From Lytechinus pictus (Eukaryota): a DNA stretch of 64,000 nt. The position numbers were made by a program, and so were the translations under genes. How positions within the stretch are numbered: the stretch's first letter is position 1; each line of letters begins with the position of its first letter. The DNA is taken from contig NC_087251.1 of assembly GCF_037042905.1 (NCBI RefSeq), positions 41,604,001 to 41,668,000 on the forward strand, in the 5' to 3' direction. The notes under the pieces are model-generated. The model had not been told where the DNA came from, ran no database searches, and worked only from the letters and a program-made list of their open reading frames with translations. Shown piece by piece: positions 1 through 12,912 of this stretch.

Positions 1-3000
1 TATCGAACTTAAGAGGATCATTCTACACATGGTATTCAAAATATGCTACCAAACAATTTTTGGTGGGAAATTGCAGATTTTGGTGCCAAATCGGTACAAG
101 TAACAAAACAATTGGTGGAAAGCATTTCCATTGTTATAGCTTACCAAAAAAAGAAAAAAATATTTCAAACTTGAATCAATTCCTTTGTCATCATTTTATT
201 AATTTCTTATGCATTGCACTTCTTTATTTCTAGATATTATATTGTTTTATGACTAGGTGTTCCTGGATTTAATTTTGATCGATTTGAAATGAGAAAATGC
301 TATTCAAGTGGCTGAAGATGTCAAATAAGCAGTGTTTAGTAGTAGCTTGTGAAAAATCAATATTTTCCATATGTCTCCAGTCCACACAAATTACATGCTG
401 TTAGTTTTAGCCCTACTAACAAATTTTGTTGGTTCAGGGTTAAATATCACCTTCATGAATGCAGTTTAATCTTTGGCACATACGTCATTGCATACATGTA
501 CAAAGAAAGTTGCCAAAAGTAACTTGTGTATGTCATTTGGTGATAAAAAAGGGAAAGTTTATCAGAGGAAATGCAAGTTAAATATAACAAAGGATAAATC
601 TTGGTTGTAATATCATTAAACATGGTTGTAATATCAGTAAACTTGATTTCAGAATGCTAATTTACCTAAACAGACTTATAACAGAGATATGATGATCAGA
701 TAATCAACCAATAGAAGTTGAATTAATGTTGAAAGTTGAATGATTTTTTTTTTTTTGGGGGGGGGATAGTCTGTTTACTCATTTTAGGCATTGATTTTTT
801 GTACAATTTGTAGTAGTATAAATATTCAAATATTTTCTCTAATTAATTTGTAAGAATTGAAATTAAAATGTACTGTACATTTCAAATCTAGCATTGCCAT
901 TCTAAAAACTTTTGACTGAGCCTCATTATAATAGAGAGTCACTGTTTAAAATCTTTACAAAAATATGTATATATAGTTTAATTCCATATGGTACCTGTAC
1001 CTGAGTGAGAAAACATACTGTGAATATTCATTTTGGTTTTCTTCAGTTATATTTCTATTCATTTTGTGTAGATGACTAGAGAACATTTACATTCTGTATA
1101 TGTTTCATATTTGAGGTCCCGTTAAGAAATTATTTTGTAGCCATATTATACCTGAATTCTAGGCATTGTATCCCCCAAAAGACTATACTCTTTTCATACC
1201 ATAGGAGACAAGGGGGCTGATTCCGTACCTAAGAATCATCGCGGAAAGTTGACTTGCATCATGAAAATATGTAATAACTCTGCAAATGCTCATCTGATTA
1301 TTTAAAGAATACTTCAAAAATATGTGCAAGATCTGAAACAAAACAGTTGTGATGTTTGGAGGGAAAAAATTGATGTAAAGTTATGTTAGAAAAATCAGCC
1401 CTCCCCACCCCCTTCACATTTATCTCTTTGAGTCCTGTCGTTTTAGGGTTGAATTCAAACTATATATATGTACACCCTACAGAATGATTATGTAGATTAA
1501 TTACCATTAAAAAATCAAGTATATATCCCCTCCGCCTCTCTTTCACGATATGACGCAAATGTATGAATCCATGATCAAGTTTATTCTCCATGTTAGCCTG
1601 TAAACCAACACTCTTTCATCATGACATTTCCCTAATGTCATTTGTTCTTCAAATTGAGAAAAATGAATTTACATACCCTAGTGCTAGCTCAAAATCTTCT
1701 TGTATTTATATTTCAAATGTGTGTATCATATTTTATAAACCATGACTACAGAATCATGGTGGTTATTGTTGTGGGGGGATATTGCATAACAGATTTTTTA
1801 GTTCTGCCTGAATAATAAACTCTGTTCACTGTGTATTTTTTTTTTCCATTATATCAAATGAGATAAATGACACAAAACATTTATGAGGGGTTTATTTTTC
1901 TTGATTTTATTGCACTTTTATTCACTTTGTACCTAGAAGTGTTAATTTCTGTGGGTTTTTGTGAAATTAATGAGAAAAAATAAAACCACTCTTAAATTAA
2001 TGTATTTTCATATGAATATCAAGTGGTTTATTTATAAATTCAAAACTACCCTACATTATGTGTATGTGTATTCAACTTTAAGCTTTTTATGGGTTTGCCA
2101 TTGAACATTCATATAAAGAGAAAAAAGGAAAACATAGAAATAAAATCATTCTTTATATCTGAGATATCCATAATTTTCTCGAAAATATCATTTCATAGAC
2201 ATGAGACTATTTTTAAAGAGTTTGTACATAAATTAGACAAAGCCCTGCATGTAATAATCAAGGCTGATTGAAGATCCCCGTTTTGTAATTGCATGCCTCT
2301 ATCCACAAATAGCAGGTATTTAAGTCCATTTGTACTAATAAATTCCAGTTATTTACGTAATCCACTTATTCATTGATTAAGATCTAATATCATGAATATT
2401 CATGCATATATATGTTGTTTGTAATAATACTTGAATCTAACATGAGTAAATTATGTGTATGGTACAAAGAAAGTGTTTCTCCAGATCTGGACTTTTCATT
2501 TTTGTCGAAATCATGTGTGTTCCCTATTTTTGTATTAAGTGCACTAATATGATAAAAGAGTTTAAACACTGATCAGTGCATGACATGTTACCCTTGCTCC
2601 TTTTTTCTCTCTCTCTTTTCTACCTTTTTCTTATCTCTATGCATACCCCCCCTTTTTTTCTCTCTCTCTCTGTCTCTCTCCCTGTCTTTCTAATTTTTTT
2701 CTCTCTTTCTCTCTCTCTCATTCAATAAGTATTCTTGCTCTTCATAGAAATTTTTTCTGCCACTTCTATTCTCCATCTTCCATTATTTCTTCTAGTATAT
2801 CTTCTTACATGTATCTCTCTTTATATTATTTTCCCTCACTCTGTATTGAGCGGTCTTTCCCTTTGTGCCCCTTTCTACTTTTCCTTTACACTTCTTTTAT
2901 GGTGATGGTGCAATATTACTTCATTTAAATTCTATTACAGCTTAGCTGCAAGTTTGATATTGATATTTTTTCATCAGACTGGCATTACCTGACACTTATT

Positions 3001-4119
3001 TCACCTTATTTAGTTCTTGTTTATTTATTGCCCGAGCACACCTAGATTATGATTCACATTATTCCTCCAGTCCCCAGATTTCTTTCTAATGACTTGTCTC
3101 GATATTATGTGCATTCTAGATATTCTCTGTAGTAGTTTCACGTAACTAATGAGATTTTTTTCCCTGCAGATGTTAGTGAGCAAAAACTTAAGAAGTGAAA
3201 AAGTGTATTTTTTTCCTTGGCATGGATATGATTTTTCTTTTAACATTTTGTCTAAAATATTTTTTCTTCTGAAATTTGTTTGAAATTGAATATGAGATGC
3301 ACAAATTTCCAGTTAAAGGAGGAAGTATTATTTGGTTGCTGCTAATGTGTGCATGACCCAATGGTGATAGAAAAAAGTACATGTCACTGTGAAATTTTAA
3401 TTTCCTTCAATAAATGATACTTCTTCTGTGATACATGGTGGATGTTTTACATGAATTAGTTATAGAGATGAAATAGTAAATTTCATTTGTTGGTTGTTTC
3501 TGGGCTGATATAGAGGGCTGCATTCATTCTTGCATTAACTTCATTTGGAGCTTGAATGGAATATTTAACATAATTTTTTATTATCAAATTAGATAAGTTT
3601 ATAGAGTTGTAAACAGATAGCTTTATTTATACTGTACTTTCTATCATTGCTCTGGGACATTAGATAACAAAGAGAACAACCAAATTTTTTAAATGTTTTC
3701 TCAAGCAGGAAATCTAATTGAAGATACTTAATTTCATGTAAAGCCAAGTAAGAGAAGGTCATATAGCTTGTATACAAATATAAAGAAAGAGAAGGTCATT
3801 GAAATCATTTTCTTTCTCAGATGGTAATTGGTAATTACGATTCATAAAAATATTCTAAAGTTGAAAAGTTACCATTTTCTTTATGATATTAAACAATACC
3901 TGGCCAAATTTGTTTCGTGTATCCTTCATACTGAAGTATTTTATAACTCATCAACTTATTTTATCTCTTTTCCGATGTTATGATGACAAATGATGTCATT
4001 TTGTCCGGTATCACATCCATGATGTGTGTATCAAATACGTACACGTAGCTATGATTGGGAGTGTTTCCAATGATATTCCTATCCAGCTATGATGTATGAT
4101 ATTCCTGTCACTCCCTTAG

Positions 4120-4281
4120 GTGAGAAGGCAGGAACAGATGGACAGCCACTGGCCAGCCCTGACCAACCCTCACCGGTCAGCCCCGATGATAATCAAATCA
4201 CCAAGGGGTTGACCAAGGGTATAGCGGTCAAGACACCACTCCAATCCTTCACCAATCTCGTCCAGCCGGTACAGAGAAAAG
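4120..4281 (+). CDS. EHBP1: EHBP1-like internal coding exon (162 nt, phase 1-1), Pro/Ser-rich linker
   Basis: ctcccttag acceptor, AAG|gttaga donor. Open frame GEKAGTDGQPLASPDQPSPVSPDDNQ...VQPVQRK. Phase joins the next exon (G+CC=Ala). Confidence 0.75.
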
Positions 4282-4307
4282 GTTAGAGTTTTATGAGGGT
4301 CGGAATA

Positions 4308-4778
4308 GGTGGTTTCAGACCGCCTCGAAGTTCGTCAGTTCCAGGTATTTTTTGATCGGAAAATTTACCCCGATCAGAAAGTACCAGGTAATATTGGCAA
4401 TGTAAAAGCAAATTATGCGTAATCTCCCCGAAAGAAAAAACCCACTAAATAGTAGGTACTTGTCAAAATTACGAGAACTTTCGCGGAGATTTTCCCAAAG
4501 TCGCAGGTATTTTGGCAATGTGAAAGCAATTTACGGGAACTTTTAGCCTAGCGTGTAGTTGGGTGCAGGCGCCTTGGGTGGCTGCTGAGCTAGTGATTTT
4601 GAATCTCGCGCCTCGCTTATCAGATCATACTGTGCATGCTCGTAACTTCAGGAACTTATTCCGAAGGGTATGTTTTGGGGCGGTGTGAATGCAGGAATAA
4701 TTAATGGGTATATTTTAGCCTAAACAAGTTCTCGTAATTTAACAGGGATTCTCATGATCGAGGCGGTTTGAAACCACC
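4308..4778. mobile_element. MITE, PIF/Harbinger (Tourist)-like
   Basis: TIRs GGTGGTTTCAGACCGCCTCGA / TCGAGGCGGTTTGAAACCACC (1 mismatch); flanks ATA/TTA; internal repeated 'CAGGTA..TTGGCAATGT.AAAGCAA' motif. Confidence 0.8.
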
Positions 4779-5009
4779 TTATGTGGATGGTTATCATTGA
4801 CTGGACACATTGATCCAGATGGGCTGGTGGTATATTGATGTGAGAGAATGATGTTATCTTGGCCAATATAATAAGATGAAAATGGACTTTTAATGAGAGA
4901 TAATCCTCATTAAGGATTTTTTCCAACTCTTGTGAACATTGGTACAAATAATGCCTAAAGCATCTCCATACTTTATTGAAGGATAAAAAGCAGTGTTGAC
5001 CAAAAAAAA

Positions 5010-5103
5010 TTGCTCAAGGGCACAGGTGCCATGGCAGGGATTGAACCCTAGACTCCCATGTATCTAGTCAGGTGCTTTAGACCCCCGACCACTGCACCTT
5101 CAC
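5010..5103 (-). mobile_element. Degenerate tRNA-derived SINE head fragment
   Basis: Reverse strand shows A-box/B-box-like motifs (GGTTCAATCCC) followed by 'GCCATGGCACCTGTGCCCTTGAGCAA', a typical SINE body. Confidence 0.5.
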
Positions 5104-5492
5104 CAGGAGGAAATATTTCAGTCGTAATCAGAGTTATGATGTCCAGACTTTCATTTTGTGTAACTTACACAATCTTTTTCTTTAACAATTTGACAGGTAT
5201 TAACCTGTCAAATTAATCTTAAAAAGAAGCACTGGGAGAAATCACATATCTTTGGGGTGGGTTCATGTATTCCGAAAGGCTACCATGATTTTATTTATAG
5301 GCAATTCGGTAGACCTTTTGTCTTATTGAGTTTAATGTATTTTGGGAAAGTGCACACCATTCGTGAGGTGTATAAATTGACTGAAAGTTGAAATATCATC
5401 TCTAAGGCTGTCAAGCTTCTACCTGTCCAATAATTATATCCTGTTTGTTAGTCAAGAGAGGTAAGTTTTTCCTTCTCTTATTTTTTTTTTAG

Positions 5493-5626
5493 CCAAGACT
5501 CCAGATGACTCGTCAGATGAGGCCAGGACACCGGATGGACAGACCAAAGAAGAAATCAAAGATTCAGAAGAGAAAGATCAACAAGTGGAGAAGAGTAAAG
5601 AAGGAACAGAAGATCTCATGGATGAA
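5493..5626 (+). CDS. EHBP1: EHBP1-like coding exon (134 nt), acidic linker
   Basis: Poly-T tract + ag, GAA|gtaaga donor. Encodes (A)KTPDDSSDEARTPDGQTKEEIKDSEEKDQQVEKSKEGTEDLMDE. Phase 1 in, phase 0 out. Confidence 0.85.
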
Positions 5627-6000
5627 GTAAGATTTTTTTTTTCAACCCTCATCAAATTATCTCCACAAGCTTGATTGTAAGGATTTGTATTTCTAGATAT
5701 AGATATCTTTTCAAATCTGTTGTTAGAAAAGAATCACAAGTCATTTCACCGGTGCTATTATTGTGAAATGTAAATGACATGTTTCAATTAATTCATTTTT
5801 CTTTTTTTTATTGTTTTATAGATGTTGTTGTTTTTGTATTGTCTTATAGATGTTGTTAGTGTTACAGTGAAAACCAAGTCATTGACTACTGACTCCTCCC
5901 TATTCTCATAGGCTTGACACTGGGATTTCTTAGTTCCGTTGTCAATGGGTTAAGCCAATATTTATTGTGGCTTTGATTAGTCAGGTCATATGAATTTCTA

Positions 6001-6249
6001 CTGGTTAGCATTTCACAAAGCATATCGTTGGTGATTTTCACTGACATTTGAGCCAATCAGATGCAATAATATCAGTAGCTTATAACAGTTTTCAGTGAAA
6101 GTAATTATTTCCTTCATGAAACACCCACTTGGGGAAAGTATTGCCAGTGGATTTCACTGACAGATAATCTCTCAGCCAATCAGATACAAGGATTTCAGTA
6201 GCTTATAACAGTGAAAATCACTAACTAGTTACTTCATGAAATGCTCGCA
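6001..6249. mobile_element. Tandem pair of short MITE-like repeats
   Basis: Two copies of 'AGCCAATCAGAT.CAA..AT.TCAGTAGCTTATAACAGT...CTTCATGAAA'. The same core recurs at ~58428-58460. Confidence 0.6.
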
Positions 6250-6270
6250 TTTTTCATATCAAACCCACAG

Positions 6271-6391
6271 GATCTTCAAGAGACGAGTGAATACATCCTC
6301 GGTGAATACTCTGCTCTGGATCGGGAACAGAAGCAGATCGACGAGAGGGCGGCATTCGTCGAGAAAGCTCTTCGACAGGCCATGGAGGAAG
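6271..6391 (+). CDS. EHBP1: EHBP1-like coding exon, start of bMERB domain
   Basis: cacag acceptor, AAG|gtaggt donor. DLQETSEYILGEYSALDREQKQIDERAAFVEKALRQAMEE(G) closely resembles the EHBP1 bMERB N-terminal helix. Confidence 0.93.
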
Positions 6392-7389
6392 GTAGGTCCA
6401 CACAAATCATAATCATTTATCACTTTGCTCAATGACACCATACTACTGGAAATGCCATAGCAAGTTCTGACTAATGTGCTACTAATGGGTAGTTTATGTG
6501 TAATATTCCTTTCCCTGCAAAATCAGAGAGAGAGAGAGAGAGAAAAAAAAAATCAGATTTTGGCCTTTTATAGTCCAATAGTGACTGTTTGTATAATGAC
6601 TCATCCAAAACTGGAATTCTTTTACCTGTTCATTTTCTCTGGTCAAGGACAATACCTTGATTGTAACAAAAATATTTTTTTTTGTTTTGTTATATGAAAA
6701 AAAAAATGGGAAGAATCCATTTCATGATTTATTTTGAAATGTAAGAAAAAAAACTCAAAAAGATTTTTTCAGGTTTAATTGGAGGTTTGGTGAATTCTGA
6801 GTGTGCATGTGTACACTGGTCAGGTCAAGCCTCTTTGTATTGTTCGACCAGAAGCCATCGGCAACCATCAAACCTTCATCCTTTTCATAGAATCGGCGAG
6901 GGGTAGAGAAAGACCAATGAAAGAACCCAGGCATTGCCTCAATGGCCTTAAGAGAAGGGCCTTGTATTGCCCTATTACAGCTACCCTCATTCACTATACT
7001 CCTCTACGGGGCCAATTACAGCAATCAACCCGGCTAACGTCTCGGTCGGCCTTTCTCTGTCACAAACTCCCGTCCACTTTGCCTCAAAACGGTTAATCCA
7101 GCAATTTGCGATGATAAATGCAGGATGATTACATACACCCATAATTGGCGCGTCTAGTAAGGTATAATTCGGTATTCATGTATCTTGTCAAAATGCACAA
7201 ATTGCTGAAGATTTCAGATGTCAAACTCTTCTGGTTGAAACCATTGGAGGTGGAACATGACGTGGACATTTTGGTGTACAATCCAGTGCATTCTTGGTCC
7301 TCCTGGGACCACTATGACTTCATCTCTAACAGTCTTCCCAACGCCTCGGGCCCAATGTTAAATGTTTCCATTGATGTACTTACATAAAG

Positions 7390-7532
7390 GGTCTATCTCT
7401 TGTGTGGAGTTTACTCCCGTGTGCTTTTGGATTCATTCTTTTTAAGGATAGGCAGTAGACTGTATCCATTGTACAAGGGGATTTCCTTGCCTTTGAAAGC
7501 CAGGTTCCCCAGGTGTTGATATTTACAGGGTC

Positions 7533-7576
<44 letters not shown>

Positions 7577-7730
7577 ATGGATGTCATTGAGAAAGCCATG
7601 TGATTGACATACAACATTTGTAGAATATGCATGTATTTATGGAATTGAATAAATACATAATTGAATTTAAATTAAATTAGATGAATTGAATTTAAATTAA
7701 CTGAATCAAAGTTAATAGAATTGAATTGAA
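7390..7730 (+). mobile_element. Probable LINE 3'-end remnant with (AATTG)-type tail; includes (TA)n at 7536-7573
   Basis: Stem-loop-like 3' segment, AATAAA, then degenerate AATTG repeats like the tail at ~45090. Confidence 0.4.
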
Positions 7731-8194
7731 TGTTTCCTCACGAGAAGTACCTGCATCAATCAGTTGTAATCATTCAAATTTTGAGTGTATGTTTCTTGGT
7801 TCAATGATAGAGATAATGTTCAATGAAAAAAAAAAGAAATGTGTAGTGTTACAATATCTGATAGAAGGAACGCAAATGAGCTTATGGAAAGGATGGGCTT
7901 GGAAGAAACTGTTGTGGAAGTGGTATAGAGAAGTGGTATGAGATGGATGGGGCATATAATGAGGAGGGAAGGTGATGAACTTGTGGGGAAAAAAAAACAT
8001 TGGATCGGGAAGTTGACGGCATCAGAGGAGAGGGAAGTTCAAAAATCTCATGGATAGATATGGTGGAGAAGGAAAGCAGTAAGGTTGGTCTGAATGAGGA
8101 GGATGCTTAAGACAGAAAGAAATTAGAGGGAGCGGCATAATAGCGCAAGAGTCAGTGACCCTTCATAAATGGGAAAATGCTTACTGAAATAAAA

Positions 8195-8280
8195 GATGAT
8201 GATGGTAATAATCATTATACTGATGATGATGATTATGGTGATGATGATGATGGTGATGATGATGGTGATGATGATGATGA
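8195..8280. repeat. (GAT)n/(GGTGAT) microsatellite
   Basis: Direct inspection. Confidence 0.9.
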
Positions 8281-9574
8281 CATAATAAAAACATATTTTA
8301 TTAAATTCCAATTTACAAAGTTTAGGCAAACCTGCTTTATTAGATCCACCTGCATGATAGAGACCACAAGTTTGGCTTCCCCTCGATCAGAATTCTACAT
8401 TAAAACGTGTCCATAGAACCACTCTTCTTGTCTCCCTTTAGATGATCTTTATATACAGTTTTCATTGTAGCATCATATCTTAAGTGCCAACTCTCCCTTT
8501 ATTAGTAGTAAACTTATCTTTTTAAAAGTACCAATTTCTGTGATATCAAGGTTTATTTTGAGGTGCTCAATGGGTGAAGATCTATTGCTTATTATTTGAA
8601 AAGTTTTCTAACCCTATCACATGATGTTATTGCAATGTTGTCTATGTCGGAATGGAATAAACGAAAAAGAACCTCATAATTATGTCATAGACCCTTTTTT
8701 TTTATGACCAGATTATTAACCTACCATACAAAGGTTTACCGCTTTGACAAAAAAAATTACATGTATTTCATTACAAACTTTACAAAGAAATATATGTTTA
8801 ATACCAGATTATAGTTGTCACCAGCTGAAATTGCCTATCACTATGTTAAGTGTTCTAACCTTGAGAAAGTCATCACTACGCAAAAAGGAGAGTCAAAAAT
8901 CAACTCTGTGTGTATATTTCATACGTAAATGTACCTTCGCTTGAATTATCTGAATTACTCTAGCATTATACACGGAATGTTTATACAGGTCATTGTTAGT
9001 TTTTTAGTAGTTCATACAAAGGGTTGCTTCAGTTTGGGTTATTCATGGTTTTTGTGGCAAGATACGGATTACAGATTTTTTAAAGAACTTCTTGCAGACT
9101 TAATTTTTTTTTGGGGGGGTGGTTAATGAATATGATTGAAGCTTGATATGTAGCTTTAAATGTGACCTGTATGTGAACTATGAATGAATGTCTAGAGAGA
9201 AACTGAAAATTTCTGGGTTTTTTTCTTATATTTTTCATGAAGCGATAGGTTGGTGAATAAGAGCTTAGGAGCAATATTACTAGAATTATTTGTCAGTTTA
9301 GTAGTAATATTCACATAAAAAGTTTGGAACTTCCCTTTTGTCAAACATCTCATAGATTTATGATGTGTTTTTTCTCTATGTTTTATTTGGACAAAATCAT
9401 TTTCAGGATTCAAGAACTTCTAGCTTTCTCGTTTTATTGAACATCTCTCACTGGTTCATACTGCATATTTTTTTCCTAGATTTATGGTGATAAAATTATT
9501 TTCAGGATATATCACTCATTTTTGTTTAAAAACTAATCATGAATGTAATGGTTGTTTTTCTCTAACGATGATAG

Positions 9575-9668
9575 GTACGGATGATGAAGCAGCTCTTATG
9601 CAGGAATGGTTTGAATTGGTCAACAAGAAAAATGCTCTCATCAGACGGCAGGAGCAGCTTAATGTCAT
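9575..9668 (+). CDS. EHBP1: EHBP1-like coding exon, bMERB core
   Basis: atag acceptor, AT|gtgagt donor. (G)TDDEAALMQEWFELVNKKNALIRRQEQLNV(M) carries the characteristic 'QEWFxLVNKKNALIRR' motif. Confidence 0.96.
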
Positions 9669-10272
9669 GTGAGTTATTCCTTAAGGCTCTCCCATTATTG
9701 AACTTTAATAACTACTGAAAAATATTATACATGATACCTGTAATTATGCCACAAACCTTTTATTTTCCCTCTGTCTTCAAGGGGTAATTTTCTGTATGAT
9801 CTATTCTTATGTATTTTTAGAAAATTACAAGATTCAATTGCTACAAAAATATGATTATCTTTTTCTCTTCATTTATTTGGGTTTTCAATGTTTCATTGGC
9901 ATATATATGTGTAAATAATTAATAATTAACCTTGTTATCATTCCAAATGTGTATATGACCATTTCAATTAAGTTGTATCGTATATCTAGTGTAAAATGTA
10001 GGGATTGATAATTAGATGTTTACATACACTTTGCTTTAAAAAAATAATGATCTGTACAACTGAAATCATTCTAAAAAGTAATGATTATTTCTCAACCAAA
10101 TAGATATTTGGGTAAGTTATGATAATATATTGACAACTTGGGTAATAAGGTTTTAGGAAATTGGGTCCTTTAGTACCATACCAACCAAGCATGTTTCAAC
10201 AGAGATGTACAGTTCTTTAAATGTTACGCTCTGATGATATTTCTTATTACTTTCTTTTTGTTGATTATACAG

Positions 10273-10346
10273 GGAGAAAGAGCATGATCTTGAGAGGAGG
10301 TATGAAATGCTTAATCAAGAACTCAGAAAGATGATGGAAATCGGAG
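10273..10346 (+). CDS. EHBP1: EHBP1-like coding exon, bMERB domain
   Basis: tacag acceptor, GAG|gtaagc donor. (M)EKEHDLERRYEMLNQELRKMMEIG(D); phases consistent. Confidence 0.95.
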
Positions 10347-10382
10347 GTAAGCATCAAACTTGTATTAACATTTCAAGACCTG

Positions 10383-10673
10383 CGTCCCGTAATACAAAAG
10401 TTAACAACTTATCCCACGCTTGATTTTTACGATTGATTGTACGATGTAGTCAATGCCATCAGTTGTAGAAAAATGTTCTACGATCGTTGCTAAGCTTTGT
10501 GTTACGGGTCCCTGGGGAGCGTTGCATGAACATTTTTGTCCGACAAGTTGTCGGGTCTGAAGTCTTTCCTCGATCATGATTGGCTGAGAGGCACTGTTTC
10601 CATAGTAACTGTCGGATAAAACAGTACTTGTGGGATAAAAAATGTCTGACAAGTCCTTTCACGAAACGCTATC
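10383..10673. mobile_element. Two adjacent Harbinger-like MITEs (10383-10511 and 10515-10673)
   Basis: TIRs CCCGTAA.ACAAA / TTTGTGTTACGGG and GGGAGCGTTGCATGAA / TTCACGAAACGCT. CTG at 10380-10382, 10512-10514 and 10674-10676. Confidence 0.7.
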
Positions 10674-10935
10674 CTGTAATTATGGCTTTCTGAGCTCAAG
10701 AACACAAATTTTAACAATTGTGCTAAATTGCAAGAGCCAAACAGGATCATTGTTGCAAATGCATTTTATTCAAAACACTGTCCAGCAACCAATCAGAGTT
10801 GCTCTTTTATATTTGCTCTCCTTCACAAACCTCTGTGGTAGAGCGTGTAGGTCTTTGACATTCAAAGCTGCCATCCATGCCATTACGTACACTATACAGC
10901 CAGCAGTATAATTATCAAACACTCATCTTGATTAA

Positions 10936-11811
10936 AGGAGAATGAAAACCTTTAAAACAAGTTAGATAGAGTGAAAACAAAAATAAAAATCAGAGAATAA
11001 GATCAATGAAAGTTTGAGAAAAATTGAATGAACAATAAAGTTTTGAGCTTTTGAATGTTGTGATCATTGATGTTATTGAGATCCTCCAATTGGCAATGTG
11101 ACCTAAACCTGTGATGTCATTTGTATAACTCCCAAATACATGTAACTCTTGTACATGTTTACTTAATTCTTACTTTTATCAAAATTATCCCTAGATCTGG
11201 GGACTGTTTCATGAAATTTGTCAGCACTGACAAGTTGTCTTTCTCCGACAGTTACCATAGTAACAGTCAGAGGCCAGTGCCTTTCAGCCAATCAAAACCA
11301 AGGATTTAACTGAAATTGGGCTCCGTAACACAAAGGTTTGCGATGAATTGCAAAATACGAAAGAGCCGCACTGATTGGCTCCCGGTCAGTATTTCAAACA
11401 GAGTGCGCATGCAACGATGATCTTGATTGGTCATTGGTATTTAGCGATTGATTGCAAACCTTTGTGTTACGGAGCCCTGGTGTTCTTTTTATGGGAGGTA
11501 CAGTAATGTCATAGAGGTTTCACAAAATATATCATGGACATAAAGTTTTTACTATCATTGGAATGAGCAAAGATATATGTTTTGGTGTACATGTATATTT
11601 TCAGTGTACAAGGGGAGGGTTGTACATGTGTGACATTGCAAAACTTGGTCGCATTGCCAATGGGAGGATTTCTAAAACATTAGTGATCTAAACATTGAAA
11701 TCCTTATAGATATCTCTTCTTTTTTTTGGTCAAAATGTTCTCAAACTTCCATTCATCGTATTCCGCGATTTTTCTGATTTTACAAAAGCTGAGCAGAGGT
11801 TTAGTTTTCCT
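10936..11811. mobile_element. TTAA-flanked non-autonomous DNA transposon (Kolobok/piggyBac-type target) with nested MITEs
   Basis: TTAA|AGGAGAATGAAAACC ... GGTTTAGTTTTCCT|TTAA. Long subterminal inverted similarity between ~11079-11133 and ~11612-11672. Confidence 0.65.
11318..11477. mobile_element. Hairpin MITE with perfect 24-bp TIRs, nested in the TTAA element
   Basis: GGGCTCCGTAACACAAAGGTTTGC (11318-11341) is the exact reverse complement of 11454-11477. Confidence 0.85.
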
Positions 11812-12260
11812 TTAAATTCCTTTTTGTCCGGTGACATTTACAAAGTGTATGCTAATGCAGTTGTTAATAATGAAAAGCTGAGAAAAGCGTTTCAGTTACA
11901 TGCACGCACTGCATTATGCAGATGATTCTTTTAGCTGGAAAGGTTCCTGACAAAGTTAGTAAGAAATCTAAAATATTCATATTTTCATAAGTAGGTATTG
12001 CGTATTAATGTTTCTTATTAGTTCAAAGTCATGTATATTTCAACAACATATGAATATTTTCAATCACAGTCATCAACATATTAGGTACTGTAGGCAAGAT
12101 TTTCATTTTCTATTAGTGATAGTACATATATTCTGTTTGTCTCATCATTGTTACATCATCTTAAACGTCTTCACAACTCATCGTAGAAATCATGTATGAT
12201 GTCAACATCAGTGTCAAGTTATACTGCACGTCAATATTCAGAGCAATTTTCATCATCCAG

Positions 12261-12391
12261 GGCCTTTTATCATAAAACTTAGCAATTGATCATAAGGATG
12301 AGTTTTACAACTGATCATATACAATAGTCAATGCTATCAATCGTAGATATCAGCATCACGATCAAACACTAAGCTTTATGTTAAAAGGTCC
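12261..12391. mobile_element. Degenerate MITE related to 10383-10511
   Basis: Imperfect TIRs GGCCTTTTATCATAAAACTTAG / CTAAGCTTTATGTTAAAAGGTCC. Confidence 0.55.
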
Positions 12392-12797
12392 CAATCGCCG
12401 TAATATCTCCTAATCATCCTCATCAACTTACACTACAAAATATCATACGCTACCATTAGTGTTCTTTGTAAGCATCTTTTTAATCAACCCATTGAATGCA
12501 TATTGATGCTCTATTTTCAATTGGTCTAATGCCAATTTGTCCAATTACCAATTTGTCGACTATCATTTGGACTACCATCAGGTCATACACTATCCACGAA
12601 TGCCATTTCGTCCATTCACCATTTCGCCTAATAACCAGTAGGTCCAAGAGTACCAAAGCGATGACGTCAGTTGCTATGGTGTCATGGCGGCCTGGTGAAA
12701 GAGAATAGCAAGAAAATTACACAAAAATTACTGTAATTATAACCATACGTATGACCTAAAATTGATAATCTCATTCTCCCTCTTTCATGATGGACAG

Positions 12798-12912
12798 ATT
12801 GGCAGAAGACGGAGGAGGAGAGACAAAGGGAGGCTCTACTGTTAGAAGATCTTGTGATCCTTGTCAATAAACGCGATGAGCTTGTTATGGAACTCGATGC
12901 CCAGGAACGAGA
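12798..12912 (+). CDS. EHBP1: EHBP1-like coding exon, bMERB domain
   Basis: gacag acceptor, GA|gtaagt donor. (D)[37 protein letters not shown](E) has the 'WQKT...RE..LL..LV.LVNKRD' motif. Confidence 0.95.

Noticed and set aside
1204..1305. Possible additional EHBP1 exon after 'catag'
   Set aside because: No convincing donor before the stop; GGGGGCTGATT pairs with AATCAGCCC at ~1393, suggesting a repeat remnant.
8123..8416. Poly-Asp / poly-Ile ORFs
   Set aside because: (GAT)n microsatellite inside an intron.
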